Source: Carcharhinus longimanus
Taxonomy: Eukaryota
DNA: 64,000 nt
NCBI GenBank assembly: GCA_030264375.1
Contig: JASCQW010000128.1
Span: 9,446,081 to 9,510,080, forward strand
Direction of reading: 5' to 3'
Below the pieces are notes generated by a model. That model worked only from the letters and a program-made list of their open reading frames with translations, was not told the DNA's origin and made no database searches. Below are positions 1 through 11,035 of the stretch, piece by piece (positions within the stretch are counted from its first letter, which is position 1; every line of letters begins with the position of its first letter). Both the position numbers and the translations under genes were made by a program.

Positions 1-147
1 CACAAACTTTCGGAGTCTCACTCCTTCTTCAAGAGAATGTCTTTAGATGAGTGTCTTCTTCACCTGAAGGTGGAGCGAGATTCTGAAAGCTTGTGCTACC
101 AGATAAGCCTGTTGGACTTTAATCTGGTGTTGTGAGACTTCTTACAG
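1..147. mobile_element. Penelope-like element terminal repeat, inverted pair with degenerate hammerhead motifs
   Basis: 1-31 is an imperfect reverse complement of 65-95 (CAC CTGAAGG TGGAGCGAGATTCT GAAA GCTT GTG). It is followed by cctgttggactttaatctggtgttgtgagacttcttac, the same repeat seen at 24514 and 51545. Confidence 0.65.
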
Positions 148-726
148 TAGATTGTTCTCCATTCCTAGTCTGCTTTTGTCTCCTGGGAGGTGGCTACTAG
201 CATGAGTGAATCTGCGAGAGTGGATCCATAATTCTTTTCCAAAAGAAATTCTAATTAATTTCATGTCAATTTCAGTGCACCGCATTCCATTCATACGTAT
301 CATAAATAAATGATTTGCAGCGAGCATTCGAATGACTGCTGATTATTATTTTGAGGAGGGTGGGGAAGGAAAAAGGTTTAGTATCACTTACAGACGTAAT
401 GAATGTCTTAAGAAGAATTGTAGGGGAGCGTCTGAAATGCTTAGCTCAGTGCCAGCACTAAATTGTTTTCATTCATTCCCCTACTCCCTGCTAAGTTAAT
501 AATAACCGGCCTTTGAAAGGAATGCAAAAGATCAACAGATATTTCAAAAAGCAATCTACAAACTCGACCAAATCCAAACAACCACAAAAGTACCACACAC
601 TAGGGTTTCAGCTGGATGAATACTTCTTCAAAGTGGTTTACTCAACTCAGGGGAGGAGAAAGTAGGCAGGCCAGTTCTTCCCGATCATCGTGTGTGGACA
701 AGAACTGTAAAGAATCACAAAAATAA

Positions 727-1472
727 AGGCAAAATACTGTGGATGCTGGAGATCTGAAATAAGAACAGAAAGTGCTGGAAAAGCTCAGCAACATCTGTGG
801 AATTAATGTATTAAGTCCGAGACAATTCTTCTTCTGAATTCAAGAGAGACAGAGTTGGCTTTTCTACGCCNNNNNNNNNNNNNNNNNNNNNNNNNNNNNN
901 NNNNNNNNNNNNNNNNNNNNNNNNNNNNNNNNNNNNNNNNNNNNNNNNNNNNNNNNNNNNNNNNNNNNNNAAGAGAGACAGAGTTGGCTTTTCTACGCCT
1001 TTTAGCTTTGACAAAGGGTCAGCTAGACTCGAAAGGTCAGCTCTTTTCTCTCCTAACGGATGCTGCCAGACCTGCTGAGATTTTCCAGCTTTTTCTCTTT
1101 TGGTTTCAGATGCCAGCATCTGTAGTAATTTGTTTTTATCCAGAGTTGATCTTCATTCTGCCATCAACACCTTCCCTGGTACAATGCTTTGTTTCTTTAC
1201 TACAACCATTACCACTCCCTTTGCTATTTGTTCCATGACAGCTTTGGTATTTAGCCTGCCCCCACCCATTAACTGATCCCTGACCTTTCCTTTTGATCCA
1301 TGTGGCCCTTTCTCATGTCCCTCCCCCATTTTTTTAACAGCATAAAGCCCATTTCATTTCTCCCTGTCTTCAGTTCTGAAGAAGTGATAATGGTCTCGAG
1401 ACATTAACTCTGTTTCTCCCTCTGCAGATACTGCCAGACCTGCAGGGTTTTATCATAACTTTCTGTTTTTTA
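727..1472. mobile_element. Penelope-like non-autonomous remnants (second family), gap inside
   Basis: aaaatactgtggatgctggagatctgaaat...agtgctggaaaagctcagca is inverted relative to ctgccagacctgctgagattttccagc...ccagcatctgtagtaattt. The motif recurs at about 1370-1470, 48230 and 55020. Confidence 0.5.
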
Positions 1473-1775
1473 TTATTGGAGAAAGAATCTCCAGCCCAGG
1501 CTAACTCGCTGTCCTGCTGAAGGAAGAATTCCTTCCAGGAGGCCTGGAGTCATTGCTCCCAGGTTTACTCGTCCTTTGTTGGGTAGGGTACAGTGTGGGG
1601 AGATGATCACTGTGAAGGATTCACTCCCATCTACTGGCCTCCGAACTGTATTGGCTTCTGCTGCTGGAAACAGAGACACAGAAAGCAAGTATCTGGCATT
1701 TATTTTCCGCACATATTGTCTGTGTTATGGATGGTCTTTAGGTTTATATTTCCTTAAATGTAGAAGATTAAGGGA

Positions 1776-2045
1776 CTTTTTTAAGAATTCATTTGTTGGA
1801 GATGGGCATCACTGGATAGGCCAGCATTTATTGCCCATCCCTAGTTGCCCTTCAGAAGGTGATGGTGAGCTGCCTTCATGAATTGCTGCAGTCCCTATGG
1901 TGTAGGTACACCCACAGTGCTGTTAGGGAGGGAGTTCCAGGATTTTGACCCAGTGACAAAGAAGGAACAACAATATACTTCCAAGGCCTGATAGTGAGTG
2001 ACTTGAAGAGGAACTTGCAGATGCTGGTGTTCTCATGTATCTAGG
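1776..2045 (-). mobile_element. 3' end of CR1-clade LINE (family B)
   Basis: ccagcatttattgcccatccctagttgcccttcagaaggtgatggtgagctgcc is homologous to copies at 13395-14127, 32465-33078 and 38135-39575. The last of these retains RT motifs. Confidence 0.7.
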
Positions 2046-3026
2046 CGGTGGAGATCAGCTATGTGATCTGATGGAATGGCAGAACAGACTGGAGGGGTTG
2101 AATGGCTTACTGCTGCTCCTACATGCCCTGGAAAAGTAGTGCAAGCCTGATAGCAGAATGGATTCAAGCTGTTAACAATGGCTTGTGGCCAACCATCCCT
2201 ATCCCCGTCCCATTTATACTTAGAAGTGCAGCCAAAAGTTGGATCGGCCTGCTGTAAAATAAACTACCTTGACACGAGGAAAAATTAGTTTGACTTTTTT
2301 AATCCATTTTGGAATTTTCACTATTTATCTGCATCTTGCCCGTCAAGATCAAAGCTGGGAGAGCATTGATGCTAACCCAGCAGCAATCTCACTTTCTGAT
2401 CTGCCAGAGGCTGTCAGGTAAAGATGTGACCTCAGGGAGGGTCAGCTGGTCAACTCGTGGCCACAGTTTGGGAAAAGGAGGCCCCTGCTTGCTGTGTGTG
2501 CCTGTTCCCTTTCTCCAGAGACGATAAAGAAGCTAGTAAATCAATGCTGCACCATTTTTACCATATGCTGTACTGCTGTGAGAGAGAACATTTAATGAAA
2601 TCCTCTGTACCTGTCTGTCCCCTCCTCCCATCCCTTTGTAAAGCTTAGACTAGTAGACCATCAGAACATTATAAAACACTCCCCCCTCCCACACAACGTG
2701 AAGAAGCAGAGATGACAATGAGTGTAATTAGTGTACTCATCATACTGTACCAAATATCGAAAAGCTCAAAAGAGTAAACAATCTGAAATTATGTCAATTA
2801 AAAAGCTAACAATGAGAGTCCATTAAACTGTGTAATATACTTGAGAGTTTCACTCTCTTTATAAACCATTAGAGCTTTCCACTGGGAGTTTATCCAAATG
2901 CCTCCAGTGTGTTATAGAAAGAAAGATGTACAAACACCTCTCAGGATACACCAAAGCTCTGGAGCCAATGAAGCAAATTTACAGACTAGTCATTGTTGGA
3001 ATGTTAGAAATGCAGCAACCAATTTG

Positions 3027-3897
3027 CACACAGCAACATCCCAGACACAGCAAGATCCCAGACACAGCAAACCCCAGACACAGCAAGATTCCAGACACAA
3101 CAAACACCCAGACACAACAAACACCCAGACACAGCAAATCCCAGACTCCAGACACAGCAAACTCCCAGACACAGCAAGATTCCAGACACAGCAAGATTCC
3201 AGACACAGCAAATTTCAGACACAACAAACTCCCAGACGCAGCAAATCCCAGACACAACAAGAGTCCAGACACAGCAAACCACAGACACAGCAAGATCCCA
3301 GAGACACTAACAGCACAGACACAGCAAACACCCAGACATAGCAAATTCCAGACACAGCAAACTCCCAGACACAGCAATAGTCCAGACACAGCAAGATCCC
3401 AGACATAGCAACATGCCAGATACAACAAGAATCCAGACACAGCAAACTCCCAGACATAGCAAGAGACAGACACAGCAAGGTCTCAGAAACTATAAACTCC
3501 CAGACACAGCAAATGTCAGACACAGCAAGATCCCAGACACTGCAAACTCCCAGACACAGCAAGATACCAGACACAGCAAACACCCAGGCACAGCAAGATT
3601 CCAAATACTGCAAGATCCCAGACATATCAAAGGTCCAGACACAGCAAGATCCCAGAAACAGGTAGAGTCCCGACACAGTAAGATACCAGAGACAGAAACA
3701 GCACAGACACAGCAAGATCCCAGACACAAGAAGACTCTAGGGACAGCAAACCCCAGAAAATCACGATCCAAGACACAGCAAGAGTCTAGACACAGCAAGA
3801 TCCCAGATACAGCCACCTCAGACAGAGCAAGATCCCAGGTTCAACAAGGTTACAGACACAGCAAGATCCCAGACACAGCAAGATTACACACACAGCA
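3027..3897. repeat. ~17-bp minisatellite (ccagacacagcaagatc)n, roughly 50 degenerate units
   Basis: Direct tandem repetition is visible. It explains the repetitive ORFs in several frames on both strands. Confidence 0.95.
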
Positions 3898-4010
3898 ATG
3901 ATATAAATGAGCAGTCTGAATTACAAATGTTATTTTTCTTCAAATAGTGACAAAAGGACCTCTTATGCTCAACAGACAGCCTCAATTTAACGTCTGCATT
4001 CTAAGGACAT

Positions 4011-4192
4011 TGAACGGGACTTCCGGCTGTGCAGGCTGGTGAGATCTTCCTGCTGTCCTGCCAATGGCACACACACACCAGGGTTTTCCCAGCAGAGGGA
4101 TTTATCCAACCCGCTGACAATGGTGAGACCAGAAGTTCCCGCTGCCAGCCAATAGCAGGCTGCCTCCAGGCAGCGGGTTGGGTGTAAAATCC
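4011..4192. mobile_element. Short palindromic MITE-like element (possibly Harbinger-type)
   Basis: GC-rich imperfect palindrome ending in gtaaaatcc. Similar termini (ggctggaat.ttac ... g(t/g)aaaat(c/t)cc.ccc) occur at about 7866, 9046-9169, 12558-12991, 19822-19983 and 23385-23562. Confidence 0.4.
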
Positions 4193-4199
4193 ATTTAGT

Positions 4200-4700
4200 A
4201 TCTCTGACATTGCAGCGTTCCCTTACAGTGCCTCTGACACTGCAGCATTCCCTCACAGTCGCTCTGACCCTNNNNNNNNNNNNNNNNNNNNNNNNNNNNN
4301 NNNNNNNNNNNNNNNNNNNNNNNNNNNNNNNNNNNNNNNNNNNNNNNNNNNNNNNNNNNNNNNNNNNNNNNTGACACTGCAGCATTCCCTCACAGTATCT
4401 CTGACACTGCAGCATTCCCTCACAGTGCCTCTGACACTGCAGCATTCCCTCACAGTGCCTCTGACACTGCAGCATTCCCTCACAGTATCTCAGTGCCTCT
4501 GACACTGCAGCATTCCCTCACAGTGCCTCTGACACTGCAGCATTCCCTCACAGTATCTCTGACACTGCAGCATTCCCTCACAGTGCCTCTGACACTGCAG
4601 CATTCCTTCACAGTGCCTCTGACACTGCAGCATTCCCTCACAGTGCCTCTGACACTGCGGCATTCCCTCACAGTGCCTCTGACGCTGCAGCATTCGCTCA
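4200..4700. repeat. 30-bp minisatellite (tctgacactgcagcattccctcacagtgcc)n
   Basis: Near-perfect tandem copies spanning a gap. The 10-aa periodic ORFs (QCQRHCEGML) confirm the 30-nt period. Confidence 0.95.
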
Positions 4701-4830
4701 GTGCAATAACCACAATAACTTGAACCAATTGAAAGTTCAGGCTAGATTTTGTGCTCCAGTCTGTAGTGTGGAACGTGACCCCACAACGTTCTGATTTCCG
4801 GGGTGAGTGTGCTACTAACAGAGCCACGGC
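4700..4830 (-). mobile_element. tRNA-derived SINE head, probably DeuSINE/SacSINE1-like
   Basis: The minus strand reads gtggctctgttagtagcacactcacccggaaatcagaacgttgtgggg (A-box-like) and leads into actgagcgaatgctgcagcgtcagagg. Related segments lie at about 8420 and 60585. Confidence 0.5.
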
Positions 4831-5820
4831 TCATACCTTGAGAATCAATTAAAGGACAACCAGTGCTCAAGAAGTTGTACCTCCAGCGAGGATTCGACAC
4901 AATCAGGACAAGGCAGGGAGAAATATTAACAAGAAATATAAATGATTTAATTTAGCATGGAGCCGGGGGGCAGGTCAGGTCAGAATCATCACACACTGTG
5001 GCCTCACTCATACATATTTTGTGAATAGCCATGCCTTCACATCTTAAGTCAGGAACAAACCAGGACGTGGCAGCTGTATGCTTCTGGCAGTCATTTCTTT
5101 GTCGCAGAAGTGAGTGTTTTCAGATTTGACTGTGTGTGGATTTAGTACCGTACTGTGCTTGAAAAACTGTGACAAGCTGTCTAACATCATGCGCACTGGA
5201 GTGTGTAGTTCCTGTCATTGCTCGAGCACCATTCATCAAAAAATTGTTTTAATCCATACAAAACACTAGCTGTTACTCCATAGCTTTTCACCTGCAGAAG
5301 GTCCATCAGATTTACTGCAGCATGAACTCCAGGGCCGGCTATAACACTATCATTGAATTTGATTGCCTGTGCTGGAGGCCAGCAGCACTGCTCAGCCAGC
5401 ACTTGCTGAAGAGTTCATATCTTCCAGAACATTATTTGCCAGGCTTTTTGGGTTCTGAAGCATTGGTTTACAGATTAAATATTGTTCTCCTGCTCAGTTC
5501 AGGGACAGTAAAACTTATGTTGTAACAATATACGAGTATCAAGGTCCACATATAGAATGTACAGCATGGAAAGGGACCATTCAGACACTGGTCCATGCTG
5601 GTACATGCTTCAGACAAGCTATGTTGTACCTTTTTCTGTTGCCAGCTATGTCTTGGTTCTTGCCTCTAAGTCATGAGGTTCAAGTTNNNNNNNNNNNNNN
5701 NNNNNNNNNNNNNNNNNNNNNNNNNNNNNNNNNNNNNNNNNNNNNNNNNNNNNNNNNNNNNNNNNNNNNNNNNNNNNNNNNNNNNNAAGTTGCACTAGAG
5801 GGAATAGCATATTGAATTGT

Positions 5821-5970
5821 CAACGTACTAGTAATGCAGAGACCCAGCGCAATGTTCTGGGGACCCAGGTTTGAATCCCATCGCAGCAGATGGGGAAATT
5901 TGAATTCAGTAAGAGTAAAAGACTAATAATGACCATAAAACCATTGGCAATTGTGGTAAAAACCCATCCC
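5821..5970 (+). mobile_element. 5' fragment of tRNA-derived SINE (family C)
   Basis: ctagtaatgcagagacccag...ggacccaggtttgaatccca (B-box-like) is homologous to the minus-strand copy at 20476-20852. Confidence 0.55.
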
Positions 5971-6070
5971 AATACATGTGACAATAATAAATCAAAACAG
6001 GTGTCTGACTTAATGCCATTCTCCCGCCTTTTCCCCGTACTCCCGCACATTGTTTCTATTCAAATAAGGA

Positions 6071-6570
6071 TCTGGAGAGAGTGCAGAAGAGGTTTACAAA
6101 AAGGATTCCAGGGCTGAGAAACTTCAGTTATGAGGATAGATTAGAAAGGTTGTAACAATATATGAGTATCAAGGTCTACATATAAAATGTACAGCGATGA
6201 AAGCAACCACTCAGAAACTAGTCCATGCTGGTACATGTTCCTCTCCTTGGAGAGGAAAAGGTTAAGAGGAGATTTGATTGAGATGTTTAAAATCATGTTC
6301 CCGCTCATAATAGGATCAAGAGTGAGAGGGCACACCCTAACAGGCGCCGGACTGTGGCGACTAGGGGAAATTCACAGTAACTTCATCGCAGTGTTAATGT
6401 AAACCTTACTTGTGACTAATAAATAAACTTTACTTTTCACAGATTTAAGGTCATTTACAAAAGAAGCAAATGAAATGTGAGAAAAAACACTTTTTCACAC
6501 AGTGAGTGGTTGGGGTCTGGAATGCACCGACTGGAAGTGTGATGGAGAAAGGTTCAATCGAGGCATTAAT
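6071..6570 (+). mobile_element. CR1/HER1-like LINE ORF2 3' fragment, interrupted by two insertions
   Basis: Translates LERVQ.RFT and LSLERKRLRGDLIEMFKI, typical of the CR1 ORF2 C-terminus. Also contains ttcacacagtgagtggtt...tggaat. Confidence 0.8.
6335..6435 (+). mobile_element. 5'-truncated V-SINE, tail type B, inside the CR1 fragment
   Basis: caggcgccggactgtggcgactagggg...cacagtaacttcatcgcagtgttaatgtaa...tgtgactaataaataaacttt. The host resumes at cacagatttaag. Confidence 0.85.
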
Positions 6571-6696
6571 TTAAACACAAAAAGACTTTAAAATTCTAAA
6601 GAGACAGTGATTTTAAAACTAGGTTTAGCCATAGGTTGTTTAAATAAAAGCAATGTGCAGGGGTCGGGAGAATGGTACTGTCATGATATTTGTTTT

Positions 6697-6864
6697 AATT
6701 TGATTTGATTTATTATTGTCACATGTATTAACATGCAGTGAAAAGTATTGTTTCTTTCGCAGTACACAGACAAAGCATACAGTTCATAAAGTACATAAGG
6801 GAGAAAGAAAGGAGTGGGTGCAGAATATAGTATTGCAGTTACAGATAGGAGGTAGAGAAAGATC
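6697..6864 (-). mobile_element. Rex1/Babar LINE 3' end
   Basis: tttgatttgatttattattgtcacatgtatta..cagtgaaaagtattg is the same tail as the RT-bearing copies at 46261 and 60719. Confidence 0.8.
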
Positions 6865-7557
6865 NNNNNNNNNNNNNNNNNNNNNNNNNNNNNNNNNNNN
6901 NNNNNNNNNNNNNNNNNNNNNNNNNNNNNNNNNNNNNNNNNNNNNNNNNNNNNNNNNNNNNNNNTGGAGCAGGGCAGGGGGGTCAGGGGGGTGGGGGGGG
7001 GGGGGGGTGCGATGAATGTCTTTCACTGCTCGGAGGATTAACTCGTTCACTGCCACAGGGGCTGTCTGTCCTGTAACACCTCTGAGAAGGAGATTTCCTT
7101 TTTGGAGAAAGCGCTTTTCCAGCCTGCAGCGAGTGAGGACGCGGACACACAACCGCTTGGAGGCTCCGGTTTGGTTGCTGGGGAGGCTGTTCTGGGGTCT
7201 CACTCAGACAGTCAGAACCGTCAGCTCAACATCATTCCCCACCCACCCCACGCCCTCACCTCTGAGCTTCCCCAGTCTAGATTTTCTTTCCCAATGATTA
7301 GGCTTGCAGTCGCTCTGGTCTCTTGGGCATTTGCCTGGTCAGTCCTCCGGGGAATCCCTGGCTGTCTCCTGCAGTGCAGAGCAATCCGGATCAGTAAGTG
7401 GCCAAAACCTGTCCATGCAGCTGTGCCCTCAGCACACAGGTCATCACCTTCTTAGAATCCTTCAGTACAGAAGGCCATTCAGCCCATTGTGCCTCTGCTA
7501 GCTCTCTGAACAGGTTGTTCTATCAACCTTGATGACTTTCAATTCTCTTCTTTGGTT

Positions 7558-7853
7558 GGCACGGTGACACAGCGGTTAGCACTGCTGTCTCACAGTGCCA
7601 GGGATCTGGGTTCAATTCCGGCCTCGTGTCCCTGAGTAGTTTGCACATTTTCGCCATGTCTGCGTGGGTTTCCTTCAGGTGCTCCGGTTTCCTCCCACAA
7701 GTCCAAAGATGCGCGAGTTAGATTGACTGGCCATGCTAAATTGCCCCATAGCGTCAGGGGGACTAGCAGGGGATAGGTCCCGGGTGGGATTGTTGTTGGT
7801 GCAGGCTTGATGGGCCGAATGGCCTCCTTCTGCACTGTAGGGATTCTATAATG
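7558..7853 (+). mobile_element. HE1-like V-SINE, tail type A (CR1/HER1-like)
   Basis: tRNA-like head (A box ggtgacacagcggttagc, B box ggttcaattcc), V-domain tctgcgtgggtttcct...tgctccggtttcctccca, and tail gatgggccgaatggcctccttctgcactgtagggattcta. Confidence 0.9.
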
Positions 7854-8621
7854 ATTGTACTCACTGGCTGGAATCTTACCACTGTTCACACCGGCGGGAT
7901 TTTCCCTGCTGGCTGCCAAATTCTCCGACCTTGCTGCAGCGGGAACTGCCGGTGAGATCGTGCCCATTGCGTTTCGCCCTCAGCAACGTGTTCACAGGGC
8001 ATTTTATGTATCGTTTCCAACAGCTTGGAAACATTGCAGAAGTGGTAAAGTTCTCAGCTTGGAGGATGGTCCTTCAGCCCATCAGGACTCTCCCTGGAAC
8101 ATTGTTTGCTGAGGCTCCCATTAAAAGCTTCGGAAAACGTGGCTGTGGCAGTAACTGTGTCCATCAGCATCGGAAAAGGAATAACCAAACTCCACTTTGA
8201 AAAGCTCAGGTTAAAACTGAAAGCTGGGGCAAATCGTAGATAGCGACTTGATGCTGAAAGTGACGTGAACACAATATCACATTCGCAAAGAGGTGGAAAT
8301 TACTCTCAAATATCTAATATCTCAGCTTGACCTCAGTTTCTCACACACGAGTGCCTGGGGAGGTCAGGGGGATCCAGCTTCACCCCAGGATTAGACAATC
8401 GAGGCTGGCACCTTCAGTGCCCTACTGAGCGAGTGCTGCACTGCCAGCGATGCACTCTTTCAGGACAGATTTTAAACTGAATCACTGTGCACCTGGCTTG
8501 GTCCATTTACAAAAAAACACCCCACGAATGTCTTGCAGAAGGACGGGGGAGTTCTCCCAGAGAAATCCTGGCCAACATTCAACCCTCATCCAATACCCCC
8601 ACTGGCCATTAGTGTTTGTGG

Positions 8622-9022
8622 GATTTGATTCGATTTGGTGTATTATTGTCACACGTATTAACATACAGTGAAACATATTGTTTCTTGCACGCTATACAGA
8701 CAAAGCATACCGCTCATAGAGTGGGAAACGAGAGAGTGCAGAATGTGGTGTTATAGTCATAGCTGGGGGGAAGAGAAATATCAACTTAATGTGCAGCAAG
8801 TCCATTCAAAAGGCTGACAGCAGCGGGGAAGAAGTTGTTCTTGAGTCGGTTGATACGTGACCTCAGACTTTTGTATCTTTTTCCCAATGGAAGAAGGTGG
8901 AAGAGAGAATGTCCGGGGTGCGTGGGGTCCTTGATTATGCTGGCTGCTTTTCTGAGGCAGTAGGAAGTGTAGATGGAGTTATTGGTTGGGAGGATGGTTT
9001 GCGTGTTGGACTGGGCTATGTT
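8622..9022 (-). mobile_element. Rex1/Babar LINE 3' fragment
   Basis: Homologous to 21852-22303 and 60719-61300, with tail tattattgtcacacgtattaacatacagtgaaa. Confidence 0.85.
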
Positions 9023-10012
9023 TGATCAGCCAGTGTAGACACGATGGCTGGAACTCTACCACCTCACATGCCACGGAATCGGGGCAGGCGAGGGTCCGAC
9101 AACAGAAATCCCCATTGACCTTGGGTGGGAATTTATGGTCTCACCCGAGTGAGGCTGTAAAATCCCACCTGCTGTGCCAAATAGCCACCTTCTATACTGT
9201 AGGATTCTATGTCTCTGATGTACTTTCTAGCAGGAGTGGAATAGTGAGCTGATTTCCACTTCCTTATCTGAGGGGGTTGCTGAGGCCCAATGTACTCATC
9301 ATTGCTGCCACCCTGGCTGAGATCAATTAACTCTGTATAGAGCTATTGCCAATATTTCACTTCCACACCAGGTAGAGCATTTTGTAGTGAAGCCATTGCC
9401 CAAAAGTGACAGGACTTACGATCTGCCACCTGTGAATTGGACCTTCAGAACCAACTTGTAACTTTAGTGATGTATCAGGTCTGCGTTCTTTGTAAGATGA
9501 AAGGATTGCCATTGGATGTTGATTGCCAACAAGATAACATTTACAACATAATAAACATTGCAAGATCATTTTTATAGAGTCTCTTGGTTTAAAACATAAA
9601 TCTAATTACGTCTATTTGTACTTACTCTTAATTTTCCTTTGATCAAACTCAAGCCAGAAGTGTTTTGCTAAAAAGCTGACATCTTGTCACCTAAGGAGGT
9701 AAGAGAACAGGTTATCAAAGGTCAGTCAGTGAGATTTAAGAAGGATGCTAAAGGGAGGAGAGTAAGGTGGCGATGTTTAGGGAGGGAAATCCTCAGCTCA
9801 GGGCCTAGACAGCTGAAGGCATGGCTACCAATGGTGGTAGGAAGGAAATTGGAACATACAAGGGGCCAGAATTGGAGGGGTGCAGATATTTTGGAGTGTT
9901 GTTGGACTGGAAAAGGTATAGAGGTAGGGAAGGGTAAGGTCATGGAGGGAGTAGACATCTAGTTAGAAACAGGATTGAGGATTATAAGAATAAAGAATGA
10001 AGTATATGGATA

Positions 10013-10222
10013 GGCACAGTGGCACAGCGGTTAGCACTGATGCCTTACAGCGCTAGGAACCTGGGTTCAATTAGAGCCTCAGGTCACTGTCTGTGTGGAG
10101 TCTACACGTTCTCCTTGTGTCTGCATGGGTTTCCTCCCACAGTCCAAAGATGTGCAGGTTAGATTGATTGGCCTTGATAACTTGACCCTCAGTGGGCCGA
10201 ATGACCTCCTTCTGCATTGTAA
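10013..10222 (+). mobile_element. HE1-like V-SINE, tail A, internally deleted
   Basis: Head ggcacagtggcacagcggttagcac, V-domain, and tail gggccgaatgacctccttctgcattgta. Confidence 0.85.
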
Positions 10223-10521
10223 GAATTAAAAAAAGATATTTTCCAGTGGCTGGGATGGAAAGTGAACCATGTTCTCACTTTAGTCCAGGATTTGTGTCTT
10301 GTTGACTAGAAACTAGCCAAGCTTCCTACCATCTGGTCTGGAAAGGACAATAAATGGAATCTAGACTAGACTTGGCTTTGATGACCCCAGTTAAATAACC
10401 AATGGACGCTCAAGGCCTACTATCACTGTGAGGAATGGCACTACATTAGTGCAGTTGAGAGGAGAGGAAGGGGGAAAATGAGAGAAAATTGGGAAAGAAA
10501 AACTGGGATAGTGATGGCTTG

Positions 10522-11035
10522 AAGTTTATCTATTAGTGTCACAACTAGGCTTACATTAACACTGCAATGAAGTTACTGTGAAAATCCCCTAATCACCACA
10601 GTCCGGTGCCTGTTCAGAGAATTTTACTGATGGGAGAATTTAGCATGGCCAACGTACCTCGGTGAGGAGTTTGCATGTTCTCCCTGTATCTGTGTGGGTT
10701 TCCTCCGGGTGCTCCAGTTTCCTCCCACAGTCTGAAAGACGTGTTGGTTAGCTGCATTGGCCGTGCTAAATTCTCCCTCAATGTACACGAACAAGTGTCA
10801 GAGTGTGATGACTGGGGGATTTTCACACTAACTTCATTGTGGTGTTAATGTAAGCCTACTTGTGGCTAATAAATAAACCTAACCAGCATGTCTTTCAGAC
10901 TGTGGGAGGGACCCCACGCAGACACGGGGAGAACGGGCAGACTGTGCACAGTCAGTGACCCGAGCCGGGAATCAAATCCAGGTCCATGGTGCTGTGAGGC
11001 AGCAGTGCTAACCACTGCGCCGTCATGCTGCCCGC
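10522..11035 (-). mobile_element. V-SINE tail B, split by a second SINE
   Basis: Tail at 10522-10659 and head plus V-domain at 10878-11035 are colinear on the minus strand once 10660-10877 is removed. Confidence 0.85.
10660..10877 (+). mobile_element. 5'-truncated V-SINE tail B nested in opposite orientation
   Basis: Runs from the V-domain (ggagtttgcatgttctccc) to aataaataa, with 'acct' on both sides. Confidence 0.85.

Noticed and set aside
842-999. Identical 29-bp sequence on both sides of a 100-N gap (similarly 39311-39502)
   Set aside because: Typical scaffolding artefact from overlapping contig ends, not a biological repeat.
2898-3901. Long ORFs on both strands, including Cys-rich ones
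   Set aside because: Produced by the 17-bp minisatellite. No splice or homology support.
3987-4827. 172-aa and related ORFs, and a CRISPR-like regular repeat
   Set aside because: A 30-bp tandem repeat with no unique spacers, plus a MITE-like segment, in eukaryotic DNA.
7016-7455. GC-richer segment with overlapping 93-139 aa ORFs
   Set aside because: No recognisable protein motif or convincing splice sites. It does not resemble the TNRC18 N-terminus as I recall it.
7558-7630. tRNA-like A and B boxes here and at other SINE heads
   Set aside because: They are SINE 5' regions continuing into the V-domain, not tRNA genes.
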